Positions 10,110-19,492 of a stretch of 64,000 nt of DNA are shown here, in pieces (position 1 is the first letter of the stretch; each line of letters opens with the position of its first letter). The position numbers were made by a program, and so were the translations under genes. Under the pieces are notes generated by a model, which worked only from the letters and a program-made list of their open reading frames with translations, was not told the origin of the DNA and searched no databases. The stretch is from positions 2,912,001 through 2,976,000 of the forward strand of contig OZ244799.1 in NCBI GenBank assembly GCA_965219955.1. Direction: 5' to 3'. The stretch is from a bacterium. Lineage in GTDB: Bacteria > UBA8248.

Positions 10110-11125
10110 CAGCGCCTCCTGTGGGGCCAGGCTTCGGGGTTCAGCAGATCGGGGGGACGCCTGCCCATCAGGTAGGCCCTTACGTTCCTCTCCACGCGCT
10201 CCGACACCGCGTCCCGGCCCAGGTCGGTGTTCGTGCCCAGGTGCGGCATCATGACGACGTTCTTCATCCTGAGAAGCCCCGGGTGCGGCCTGGGTTCATC
10301 CTCGAACACGTCCAGCGCAGCACCTCCGAGGCGGCCCGAGCGGAGCGCCTCGACCAGGGCCTTCTCGTCCAGAATGGGGCCGCGGGCGGTGTTGATGATC
10401 ACGGCTCCCTCTTTCATGCGGGCGAACTCCTCAGCACCCAGGAGATGCCGCGTCTCATCGTTCAGGGCCAGGTGCACGCTCAAAAAATCGGACTCGCGCA
10501 AAAGCCTGCCGAAGGCGCGGTAGGAGACGCCCGTTTCTTTCTCCACCTCGGGCGTTTTCCGGTTCCGGCTCCAGTAGCGCACCCTCATGCCGAACGCGTT
10601 CGCCATGCGCGCCACGGCGCAGCCGATGCGCCCCAGGCCGACGATGCCGAGCACCCGGCCGTTCAGGCCCCGGCCCTCGAGCAGCGTGGGCGTCCAGCCC
10701 TTCCACCGCCCCGTTCTGATATACGAATCCGCCTCCGCCACCCGCCTGCATACCGCGAGCAGGAGCGCCATGGCGCATTCCGCCGTGGGTTCGGTGACGA
10801 CGCCGGGCGTGTTCGTGGCCAGGATTCCCCGCCTGGTGATCTCCCCCAGATCGAGGTTGTTGAAGCCGACCCCGCAGTTGGCGACCAGCTTGAGACTCGG
10901 CGCGGCGTCCAGGAAACCGGCGTCTATCTCGTCTCCCACCATCGAGATGAGCACGTCCGCGCGGCGCACGGCGCGCCTGTAGCCGGCCGGAGTCGGCTTC
11001 ACGTCTCTCCCGTGCATGATGAATTCGGTGGAGCGTTTCAGCTCTTCGAAATGATGCGGCGGGAATCTTCGGGAGAGGAATACGCGCGGAAGATCTTCAG
11101 AGGACGCCTTCTCGTTCATCTTCAC
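10109..11125 (-). CDS. D-glycerate dehydrogenase / glyoxylate reductase (D-2-hydroxyacid dehydrogenase)
   Basis: GIVGLGRIG, INTARG, ALDVFEDEP, MPHLG. Start is GTG 11125 (overlaps the upstream TGA) or ATG 11119. Confidence 0.88.
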   Translation of the reverse strand: MKMNEKASSEDLPRVFLSRRFPPHHFEELKRSTEFIMHGRDVKPTPAGYRRAVRRADVLISMVGDEIDAGFLDAAPSLKLVANCGVGFNNLDLGEITRRGILATNTPGVVTEPTAECAMALLLAVCRRVAEADSYIRTGRWKGWTPTLLEGRGLNGRVLGIVGLGRIGCAVARMANAFGMRVRYWSRNRKTPEVEKETGVSYRAFGRLLRESDFLSVHLALNDETRHLLGAEEFARMKEGAVIINTARGPILDEKALVEALRSGRLGGAALDVFEDEPRPHPGLLRMKNVVMMPHLGTNTDLGRDAVSERVERNVRAYLMGRRPPDLLNPEAWPHRRR

Positions 11126-12285
11126 AGCCGCTTCACGGCGTCCGCGATGCGGTCCACGGCCCGCTCCAGATTCTCCACGCTGTTGGCGAAGCACATCCTG
11201 AGGTGACCCTCCGCATGAACGCCGAAGGCGGAGCCGGGCAGCGTCGCCACGCCCGCATCTTCGAGGAGATAGTCGGCGAAATCATCCGCGCTCATGGGAA
11301 TTTGGCTCACGTTGGGGAACGCATAGAAAGCGCCGTCGGGGTATTGACACGACATGCCTTCCACCTCGTTCAGGCCCGAGATGAAGATGTCGCGCCTGCG
11401 CCTGAAATCATCCATCATGGCGCGGCTTTCCGTCTGATCCTCCAGAAGCCCCTTAGCCCCCGCCAGCTGGATAAAAGGAGGCACGCAGCTCACCGAGTTG
11501 GTGATGAGCTGGGCGAGGGGTTCGGCGAGCGCCGCCGGCGCGGCGATGAAGCCCAGGCGCCAGCCGGTCATGGCGTAAGTCTTCGAGAACGTCTCGAGCA
11601 TGATGGTGCGCTCGCGCATCCCCGGCAGCGTGGCGAGCGATACGTGCTCCCCCTCGAAGAGCATGTGGGCGTAGACCTCGTCCGACAGGACGATGATGTC
11701 GTTTTCCACGGCGATCTCCGCGATGGCTTCGAGTTCGTTCCGCGTCAGCGTCCCGCCGGTGGGATTGTGCGGGTAGTTCAGGATGAGGAGGCGGGTCTTC
11801 TCGGTGACGCGCGCGCGCAGGTCGTCCGGCGTGAAGCGGAAGTTGTTCTCCTCCAGTATCGGCAGCGGCACGGGCTTCGCGCCCGCATAGAGCGCCACGG
11901 ACTCATAGACCGGGAAACCCGGGTCCGGGTAGATCACCTCATCGCCCGGCCCCGCCGTCGCCATGATGGTGTAGTAGAGGAACGGCTTGCCGCCCGGACC
12001 GACCACGATCTCATCCGGCGAATACGCCCCGCGCCCGTCGCGCCCGAGCCACTCGCACGCCGCTTCCCTAAGCTCCAGCACGCCGGCGGAGGGGCAATAG
12101 TGCGTCTTGCCCGCCTTCAATTGCGCATACGCCTCTTCGACGATGCTCGATGGCGTGTCGAAATCGGTATCGCCAATCTCCAGGTGGATGATGTCCCGGC
12201 CCTGCCGCTCCATCTCGCTCGCCTTGGCGAGGACCACGAACGCGCTTTCCGTTTTGAGCAGGTTCATCCGATCAGCCAGACGCAT
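11122..12285 (-). CDS. PLP-dependent class I aminotransferase (aspartate aminotransferase-like)
   Basis: LNYPHNPTG, SDEVY, FSKTYAMTGWRLG and GAFYAFP motifs. Confidence 0.92.
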   Translation of the reverse strand: MRLADRMNLLKTESAFVVLAKASEMERQGRDIIHLEIGDTDFDTPSSIVEEAYAQLKAGKTHYCPSAGVLELREAACEWLGRDGRGAYSPDEIVVGPGGKPFLYYTIMATAGPGDEVIYPDPGFPVYESVALYAGAKPVPLPILEENNFRFTPDDLRARVTEKTRLLILNYPHNPTGGTLTRNELEAIAEIAVENDIIVLSDEVYAHMLFEGEHVSLATLPGMRERTIMLETFSKTYAMTGWRLGFIAAPAALAEPLAQLITNSVSCVPPFIQLAGAKGLLEDQTESRAMMDDFRRRRDIFISGLNEVEGMSCQYPDGAFYAFPNVSQIPMSADDFADYLLEDAGVATLPGSAFGVHAEGHLRMCFANSVENLERAVDRIADAVKRL

Positions 12286-12300
12286 AATTCATCCCCGTTT

Positions 12301-12906
12301 TCATATCGCCGAGTGAAGAGGCGCGTCCGTCACGACGCCGCACCTCATGAGCATATCCAACACTTCCGGGACGGGCAGGCCCACGACGTTGGTGTAGCTT
12401 CCCTCCACCCTGTCCACCAGGCTCCCGCCCATACCCTGAATCGCGTACGCGCCCGCCTTGTCCATCGGCTCGCCGCTTTCGGCGTAGCGCGCGATGGTCT
12501 CCTCGTCAAGCTCCCGAAAGGACACCTTCGTCGCGACCGCCTCCTCCTGCCTAGAACCCGCTCCCAGAAGCGTGAACGCGGTGATCACCTCGTGCGTTCG
12601 CCCCGAGAGCAACCCCAGCATGCGCGCGGCATCGCCCGCGCCCGAGGGTTTCCCGAGGATTTCCCCGTCGAGGACGACCACCGTATCGGCGCCGAGAACG
12701 AGCGCGCCCGGATTCATCTCCGCCACGCAGCCCGCCTTCGCCTGTGCGCGGCGCATGGCCTCCTCTTCGGCCTCAAGCCCCGGCGCGACCTCCTCCTCCA
12801 CGTCCGGGGGCGCTATGACGACGTCGAAAACAAGGCCCGCACCTTCCAGGAGCCGTTTTCTGCGCGGGGAGCCCGAAGCCAGAATGAAATGCCGAAGCTG
12901 TCGCAA
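12301..12906 (-). CDS. maf: Maf-family nucleoside triphosphate pyrophosphatase
   Basis: ILASGSPRR, GADTVV, DKAGAYAIQG, GSYTNVVGLP; start (TTG 12906) uncertain. Confidence 0.9.
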   Translation of the reverse strand: MRQLRHFILASGSPRRKRLLEGAGLVFDVVIAPPDVEEEVAPGLEAEEEAMRRAQAKAGCVAEMNPGALVLGADTVVVLDGEILGKPSGAGDAARMLGLLSGRTHEVITAFTLLGAGSRQEEAVATKVSFRELDEETIARYAESGEPMDKAGAYAIQGMGGSLVDRVEGSYTNVVGLPVPEVLDMLMRCGVVTDAPLHSAI

Positions 12907-12925
12907 GAACCGTACCTGCGGAAGG

Positions 12926-13903
12926 CTAATTGTCGCGATCGACAATGTAGTCGGCGACGTCGCGCAATACGTCGACATGGAAGGAATCCGGCAGAATCGA
13001 GAGGGCCGCCTTCCCCGCCTCCACGTATCCCCGCGCCCTGTCGAGGGTGTAGTCCACCGCGCCGTACTTGGTCATCAACTCGAGAACGTCGTCCAGGTCT
13101 TCCGCCCGGATATCATCCGCGTGAACGACCAGATGGTTCAACCGCTCGAACTCCGCAACCGTGGCCCGGGCGCAGACCCGGAGCAAAGGCAGCGTCACGT
13201 TCCCCTCGCGCAGGTCCTCGCCCACGGATTTTCCCGTTATCCGCGCATCGCCCATGTAGTCGAGGGCGTCGTCGACGAGCTGGAAAGCGTAGCCGATCTG
13301 GACGCCGAACTGGTGGAGCGCGTTCGCGATCGTGGGCGGGCTGTCGGGGATGAGGGCGCCGACGCGGCAGCTCGCGGCGATGAGGGCCGCCGTCTTGCGG
13401 TAGATGACGTCGAGGTATTCCTCTTCGGTGAGCTTCAGGTTGTACATGTTGACCAGCTGGAGCACCTCGCCTTCGGAGAGCAGGGTGCAGGCCTCGCTCA
13501 TCGTTTTGATGATCCGCAAATCGGCGTCCGCGGACATGAGCGAGAAACTCTTGGCGAAGAGGAAATCGCCCACCAGCACGCTCGTCTCGTTGTTCCACTT
13601 CGCGTTGGCGGACGGGTTGCCCCGCCTCATCTGCGCGTCGTCCACCACGTCGTCGTGCAGGAGCGTGGCCGTGTGGATGTACTCCACCACGCAGCCCATC
13701 GTCGTGGCGCGGGGCCCCTCGTAGCCGCACGCCTTGGCGACGAGCACCAGGAGCATCGGGCGGATTCTCTTGCCGCCGGAGCCGATGAGGTAATCGCTCA
13801 CATCGGGGATCAGGACGACGTCAGAATGAAAATTCGCGTGAATCGCTTCTTCCACTTCCTTCATCTCGGAAGCGATTGAATCCGCAATCTCAGAAAATTT
13901 CAT
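12926..13903 (-). CDS. ispB: Polyprenyl (octaprenyl) diphosphate synthase
   Basis: GGKRIRP, HTATLLHDDVVD..RRG, FQLVDDALD and GEDLREG motifs. Confidence 0.9.
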   Translation of the reverse strand: MKFSEIADSIASEMKEVEEAIHANFHSDVVLIPDVSDYLIGSGGKRIRPMLLVLVAKACGYEGPRATTMGCVVEYIHTATLLHDDVVDDAQMRRGNPSANAKWNNETSVLVGDFLFAKSFSLMSADADLRIIKTMSEACTLLSEGEVLQLVNMYNLKLTEEEYLDVIYRKTAALIAASCRVGALIPDSPPTIANALHQFGVQIGYAFQLVDDALDYMGDARITGKSVGEDLREGNVTLPLLRVCARATVAEFERLNHLVVHADDIRAEDLDDVLELMTKYGAVDYTLDRARGYVEAGKAALSILPDSFHVDVLRDVADYIVDRDN

Positions 13904-14108
13904 CCCATCTCCGACTTGCGAGAGATACGCTGCCGCCGGGTTTTCGTTCTTTCGAACATTGTCCCCGATAGCCGCGCACGAAAGCAACTCCATCCATCGA
14001 GGAGGCCCATGGACGCCGGGACGATGAATCGCCCCTTTTCCTCAAGACGAAGCTCGGCTATGTTGCCAGAAACAGGGCGATTGTCCAACCACCCGGAGAG
14101 TTCTTGAT

Positions 14109-14486
14109 TTGAGCAGAAAAATTCGAATCACCACAGGCAACGTAAGCATGGAAGCCGAACTCGCGCAGAGCGAAACCGCGAACGCCTTCTGGGAGGCCTT
14201 GCCGATCACCGGCTCCGCGAACGTATGGGGCGAGGAAATCTATTTTCAGGTTCCCGTAGACGCGCCTCTTGAGGATTCCGCGCGCGAGGAGATGGAAGTC
14301 GGCGAGATCGCCTACTGGCCGCCCGGCAGCGCATTCTGCATCTTTTTCGGCCGCACGCCTGCGAGCGTGGACGAGGCGCCCCGCGCGGCGAGCGCCGTGA
14401 ACCCGCTGGGGAAAGTGAGCGGCGACCCGAAAGATTTCCTGGGCGTCCGCTCGGGGGAGGAAGTGCGCCTGGAGAGAGCATCGTGA
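14109..14486 (+). CDS. Cyclophilin-like fold protein (DUF369/TM1367-like)
   Basis: WGEEIYF and GEIAYWPPGSAFCIFFGRTP motifs. Confidence 0.82.
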   Translation: MSRKIRITTGNVSMEAELAQSETANAFWEALPITGSANVWGEEIYFQVPVDAPLEDSAREEMEVGEIAYWPPGSAFCIFFGRTPASVDEAPRAASAVNPLGKVSGDPKDFLGVRSGEEVRLERAS

Positions 14487-15736
14487 ATTCCGGTGAGCCG
14501 AAAGACGTCTCCGTCCTCATCCATTACGACGAAATCGGGCTCAAGGGGAAGAACCGCCCGCTGTTCATCGAACGCCTATCGAAGCGGATCGAGCGCGCGG
14601 CCTCTTTATTCTGCGAGGCGAAGGTCAGGAAACGCACGGGAAGGCTCGTTCTCGAAACGAGCGGCCTGAAAAATCCCGACGCCCTGATCACGGCGCTCAG
14701 GAAAGTGTTCGGCGTGGCCTACTTCGCCCGTGCGCGAAGCGTTCCGCTCGACCCCGGCGCGGCGTCAGAAACGGCGCTCGAAATGATCGCTCCCCTCAAG
14801 ACCGATAGCTTCCGCGTCCGTACCCGGAAATCCTTCCCGGCCACGCCCGTCAGCACGCGGGAGTGGGACAGGGCCATCGGCGCCGCGATCCAGGCCAGAA
14901 GGCACCTGCCGGTCGACCTGGATCGCCCCGGCCTCACGGTGCACGTCGAAGTGATCCCCAAAGAAGCCTGGGTGTACGCCGAGAAAATCCCCGGCCCCGG
15001 CGGCCTGCCCACCGGCTCGCTCGGAAAGGCGGCGGCGCTTCTCTCGGGCGGCATCGACTCCCCCCTGGCCGCCTGGCGGGTCATGAAGCGCGGCTGCGAG
15101 GTGGTGTTCATCCATTTTCACGGCGCGCCCTATCTCAGCCGCGCGTCCGCCGAGAAGGCGAAAGACCTGGCCGGCGTGCTGAACGGCTACCAGCTGGGGA
15201 GCAGGCTCTACATGGTCCCGTTCGGCAACCTGCAGAAAGAGATCGTCCTCGCCACGCAGCCCGAGTACCGCGTCGTTCTCTACCGCCGGTTCATGACGCG
15301 CATCGGTGAGCAAATCGCCGGGCTCGAGAACGCCCGCGCCCTCGTCACCGGCGAGAGCCTGGGGCAGGTGGCGAGCCAGACGCTGCAGAACCTGGCCGCC
15401 ATCGAGGACGCGGTGATGATGCCGATCCTGAGACCCCTGATCGGCATGGACAAGGACGAGATCATCGAGGGAGCGAAAGCGCTCGGCACGTTCGAGATTT
15501 CCATCGAGCCCGACCAGGACTGCTGCTCGCTGTTCGTGCCCAAGCACCCCGCCATCCGCTCCCACGCGGGCCACCTGCGCGGGCTGGAATCGCGCCTGCC
15601 CGTCCGGGAGATGATCGAGAAAGTCATCGGCGAGACCGAGATCATCGATTTCGAAGCAGACGGCCGGACAAGCAATCATTCCTTCGCCGAGATTCATCCG
15701 GCTGAGGTGGAGGCTGCGGTCGCGCCGGAAGCGTAG
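14483..15736 (+). CDS. thiI: tRNA 4-thiouridine synthase ThiI (no rhodanese domain)
   Basis: EIGLKGKNR, PP-loop LLSGGIDSP, GESLGQVASQT, RPLIGMDK, DCC. Confidence 0.93.
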   Translation: MNSGEPKDVSVLIHYDEIGLKGKNRPLFIERLSKRIERAASLFCEAKVRKRTGRLVLETSGLKNPDALITALRKVFGVAYFARARSVPLDPGAASETALEMIAPLKTDSFRVRTRKSFPATPVSTREWDRAIGAAIQARRHLPVDLDRPGLTVHVEVIPKEAWVYAEKIPGPGGLPTGSLGKAAALLSGGIDSPLAAWRVMKRGCEVVFIHFHGAPYLSRASAEKAKDLAGVLNGYQLGSRLYMVPFGNLQKEIVLATQPEYRVVLYRRFMTRIGEQIAGLENARALVTGESLGQVASQTLQNLAAIEDAVMMPILRPLIGMDKDEIIEGAKALGTFEISIEPDQDCCSLFVPKHPAIRSHAGHLRGLESRLPVREMIEKVIGETEIIDFEADGRTSNHSFAEIHPAEVEAAVAPEA

Positions 15737-16450
15737 GGGCGGTTCGCGAACCGCCCGTTTCCCCGACAGGTCGCGACCCCGGACAGGCACAGAGGCCTGT
15801 CCCTACGCCCCGCGTTTCGCAACGAACCCGTAGGGGCGGCCCTCCGTGGCCGCCCTTAACAGAGGATAAAGGCAACCCCCGCAAAAAAGGATCAACTCCC
15901 CCCTTGAGGGGGAGTCAACGAGGCAAGGGCGAAGCCCGCAGGCGAGTTGGTGGGGGGAGCTTTTTCTGTGGCATGTCCCCCCACCGAATCGGCCTTCGCA
16001 CAAACCGCTCGGCCTCTTCGACTCCCCCTCAAGGGGGGAGTTGATCTTGCTCGTGCATCGGGGTTTTTTTACCCCCCTGACAAGGGGGGTAGGGGGGGTT
16101 ATTGCCTTGCCGAAGGGATTGTAGGGGCCGCATATATGCGGCCCGTCGCAGGGCGGCGAAAAATCAGGGTCGCATGTATGTCGGACATGTATGTCCGACA
16201 TACACACCGCTCCGTTCTTCCCGGCCAATCGGGCGGACACGTCGGTCCCCGGACAGGTCGCGGCCTGTCCCTACAGCAACCACGCAAATCGCAACGAACC
16301 CGTAGGGGCGGTTCGCGAACCGCCCGCTTCTCCGACAAGGGCCGTTCACGAACGGCCCCTACGGCGGCTGCGGCTTTCCATCGTCATTCCGGGGTTCAGC
16401 GCTACATGAAGGGCCGTCATCCGCATCTATGTCCGGTGCAGGAATGACGG
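15733..16450. repeat. REP/BIME-like mosaic
   Basis: gtaggggcggttcgcgaaccgccc (15733, 16302), ggacaggcacagaggcctgtccctac, ACTCCCCCCTTGAGGG element 15895-16041, gtaggggccgcatatatgcggccc. Confidence 0.85.
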
Positions 16451-16755
16451 CGGTGGTCGGTTATGACCGAAATGGTTTCTTGATATCCGATAATTGTCGT
16501 TATCAGACAATATAACACCTCTCAAAACCATGTCAAGCGCAATTCCGGGGTCCCGGGAGGAGTTTTCGGGCGCCGTTTTCCGTCTTTTTTCGCCCATTTG
16601 CGGCCCCCGCGCGCCCCGGAACGGGTCTCCCGGCGGAGAACGGGGCTTCCGGCGTCCCGTAACGACAATTAGCGGCGGGCAGGCCGCTCGCCTATGGAGA
16701 CCGAGAAAGGTGCGCGCATGCCTCAGGGGTTCGTGTGTCGCGGAAAGACTAATAC

Positions 16756-16800
16756 CAGCCCGGACGATGAGGCCGCAAGTCTGCCGTCCTCCGGGCTGGC
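16756..16800 (+). promoter_or_regulatory. Strong hairpin in the 5' leader of the lipoprotein gene (candidate cis-regulatory RNA)
   Basis: ccagcccgga ... tccgggctgg 10-bp stem with an inner aggc-cgcaa-gtct hairpin; further small purine-loop hairpins lie nearby. Confidence 0.35.
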
Positions 16801-16921
16801 CGAAATACGAATGACCAGTTTGTGAAGGCCCGAAATAAAAGCTCACGAAAGGAGGTTAATCGGAGAAAGCCGGAAATTCACTGAAAATCCCTTTTTCTAT
16901 GTATTCAGGAGGACTCACTAA

Positions 16922-19219
16922 ATGAAGTTCAAACACAAGTATATTCACAAGTTCTACGCTTTCGCGCTGGCGGCGGTTTTCGCGCTGACGCTGGCGGGCT
17001 GCGGCGGAGGCGGCGGTAGCGCCACGACGCCGGAACCGCCGATGACCGGCCCGACCGACGCCGAGAGAATAGCGGACGCGCAGACGGCGGCCATGACGGC
17101 GGCCGGAGTGGCTGCTGCGGCCCTGGCGGCCGTGGAAGCGAATCAATCCGCCGATCTCGATTCATACATCAGGGCGTCAATCGCGAACGATAACGCTCAG
17201 GCCGCCCTGGAGGCCGCGAATGCCGCCACGACCCCGGCGGCAGCGGAGGCCGCGCAGGCCGATGCGGAAGCCGCAAGTGCCGACGTGCAGAAATACGCCG
17301 GCATGGTCACGACCGCGCACAATGCGATGGAAGCGGCCAGAATGGAATTGATGGCGCTCAACGATGCCCGGGCAGCCGCCATGGAAGCCTACATGGACGC
17401 GAAGGCCGCGCTCGATGCGATCGCCGGTCAGGGTGACGCCGACTCCGCGTCATACGATATGGCTGTGGCCGCGCTGGCCGCCGCGTTGATGGCGAATGAT
17501 GCGGCCCAGGCCGCGGAAACGTCCGCGGACGCGGAAGCCGCTCAGGCCGATGCGGAAGCCGCGCTGGCCGATGCCATGAAATACGCCGGCATGGTGACGG
17601 CCGCGCACATGGAAGCGACTGCGCTCTCGACCGCGCAGGGGGCCGCCATGCAGGCGTACATGGACGCGAAAGACGCGCTCGCGGCCGCGGCGGCGAATCG
17701 TGATTCCGACCCGGCTTCCTACGATGCCGCTCAACGGGCTCTGGGTGTTGCGGAGGAAGCGAACATGGCTGCCCAGGCCGCCACCACTTCAGAAGCAGCG
17801 GAAGCTGCTCAAGCGGATGTGGAAGCCGCCAGTGCTAACGCTGTGAAGTATGCCGGCATGGTGAATCAGGCGAAGGCGGATGCGGATGCAGCTGCAGCTG
17901 CTGCCAAGGCGCGAGCGGCTGCCAACAAGATCGCAGGAACAAAAGAAGCAGCCATCTTAGCAGAAAGTGATCCCGATGCTGCCACTGCCGCCGCTAACGA
18001 TGTGAGGCCGTTTGATGGTGGCACCGCAATAGCAGATGGCACTACAACATCAGACCCAGCTGCTACCACCATGTATGAACTTACAGTTAAGCACGATGGA
18101 ACCATGTCAACTGTTGAAGTTCGTGACGAGAGGAACCTTCGTAAAGGCGACCCGAAGTTTTCCAGCGTGGCAAGGTTTGGCGATGGTCAGATGCTTGTCA
18201 GGGATAATAGTGGAACCAGTCGGGAGATCATCGTCCTGCACACGGATATAGAGGCTGATACCCCGACTGCGTTCTCCAAGGTTCATACTTTGGATGCAAA
18301 CGACGACCCGGACACCACTGTAGTGGATAACAAGTCATTGACTGTCGCGACTGGTGGTACTGTGACAACAGGTCTTTCAGTAGGGGATATTGATTTAGGC
18401 ATACCAGCACCTGGAGAAGATGCTACCTCAGAAAAAACATTCGCTGAGGACAATGGTGAAACACCAGCTGTCAATGAGGGTATGCACAGAGGCCGCTTCG
18501 ATGGTGCGATGGGAACATATCTGTGTGTCAATACTAACGGCTGTGTTGTAACAGTTGATGACGAAGGCAAAACCACAGCAGTGACGGGAACATGGACGTT
18601 CACTCCAGACGCCGGAGCCACGGTTGATGTTGCGGATGCTGACTACATGTACTACGGCTTCTGGCTGGACACCACAACCAAAGATGGTGCAATTGCTTCC
18701 TATGACACCGTTCAGACATTTGCTGGATCGCCCCTTGCTGCAACTAGTGCAACCCTTACTAGTGTGACAGGACAAGCGGATTACAAGGGCGGCGCTGCGG
18801 GTGTCTACGTCCACAACACGGTTAATCCAGATTCGACTGATGATGTTAAGTCATCTGGAAGATTTACCGCAGATGTGAATCTGAATGTACAATTTGGAGG
18901 CGCTCCTCCGAATCGTGTCGCAAATTCAATCAGGGGAAGCATCTCCAACTTTGTTCTGGAACACAACGAACCACAGAATTGGTTTGTCGATATTAGGTCG
19001 CAAGTAAGTGCTAGTTTTGGTCTTGACCAGACAAATACACGAGTCAGATCTGATGGGAACGACGGTTCCATTACAGCCCAGTTCCATGGTACAGCCGCTG
19101 ATATATCCGACGCTAACGATGGATCAGTTTTAGCTCCTCCGCCCGTTATTGTTGGCGAGTTCAACGCCACCTTCGACGACGGAAGCGCTGCCGGCGCGTT
19201 CGGCGCGCGGAAGCAGTAG
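16922..19219 (+). CDS. Surface lipoprotein with Ala-rich helical repeats and C-terminal TbpB-like beta-barrel region
   Basis: Lipobox LAG-C followed by GGGGGS; three ~90-aa Ala-rich repeats ending KYAGMV; C-terminal GRFTADVNL, GEFNATF and AGAFGARKQ resemble TbpB-type barrel ends. Confidence 0.8.
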   Translation: MKFKHKYIHKFYAFALAAVFALTLAGCGGGGGSATTPEPPMTGPTDAERIADAQTAAMTAAGVAAAALAAVEANQSADLDSYIRASIANDNAQAALEAANAATTPAAAEAAQADAEAASADVQKYAGMVTTAHNAMEAARMELMALNDARAAAMEAYMDAKAALDAIAGQGDADSASYDMAVAALAAALMANDAAQAAETSADAEAAQADAEAALADAMKYAGMVTAAHMEATALSTAQGAAMQAYMDAKDALAAAAANRDSDPASYDAAQRALGVAEEANMAAQAATTSEAAEAAQADVEAASANAVKYAGMVNQAKADADAAAAAAKARAAANKIAGTKEAAILAESDPDAATAAANDVRPFDGGTAIADGTTTSDPAATTMYELTVKHDGTMSTVEVRDERNLRKGDPKFSSVARFGDGQMLVRDNSGTSREIIVLHTDIEADTPTAFSKVHTLDANDDPDTTVVDNKSLTVATGGTVTTGLSVGDIDLGIPAPGEDATSEKTFAEDNGETPAVNEGMHRGRFDGAMGTYLCVNTNGCVVTVDDEGKTTAVTGTWTFTPDAGATVDVADADYMYYGFWLDTTTKDGAIASYDTVQTFAGSPLAATSATLTSVTGQADYKGGAAGVYVHNTVNPDSTDDVKSSGRFTADVNLNVQFGGAPPNRVANSIRGSISNFVLEHNEPQNWFVDIRSQVSASFGLDQTNTRVRSDGNDGSITAQFHGTAADISDANDGSVLAPPPVIVGEFNATFDDGSAAGAFGARKQ

Positions 19220-19305
19220 TTAACTGAAAGCAAGACGCCCTATGGCCTCCGGGGCCTGGCCCCAAGGCCGAGGCGGGCGAAGGAAAAGGAAGAAGAGTGG
19301 AAAAG

Positions 19306-19407
19306 GGGGTTGCCCGTTGGTTGCTTCCCTCGTGATAGAGCAAACTGTACCGCTCCTTGCTGTGAGTTTGAGTCCTCGAGCCGGGAACGGGAACAACGGG
19401 CAGCCCC
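19306..19407 (+). ncRNA. Long multi-loop hairpin, candidate structured RNA / IS110-type non-coding end remnant
   Basis: ggggttgcccgttg pairs with caacgggcagcccc (14 bp); nested ttccc/gggaa, ctcg/cgag and caaact/agtttg stems separated by internal loops. Confidence 0.35.
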
Positions 19408-19492
19408 TGTTTCGCGTTTCATGAAAGCAGCCGGCACCCCGACTCGGCCTGCACCTCGGGGAATGTGTCGCAGCAGTTCCCACACTCGGGGG

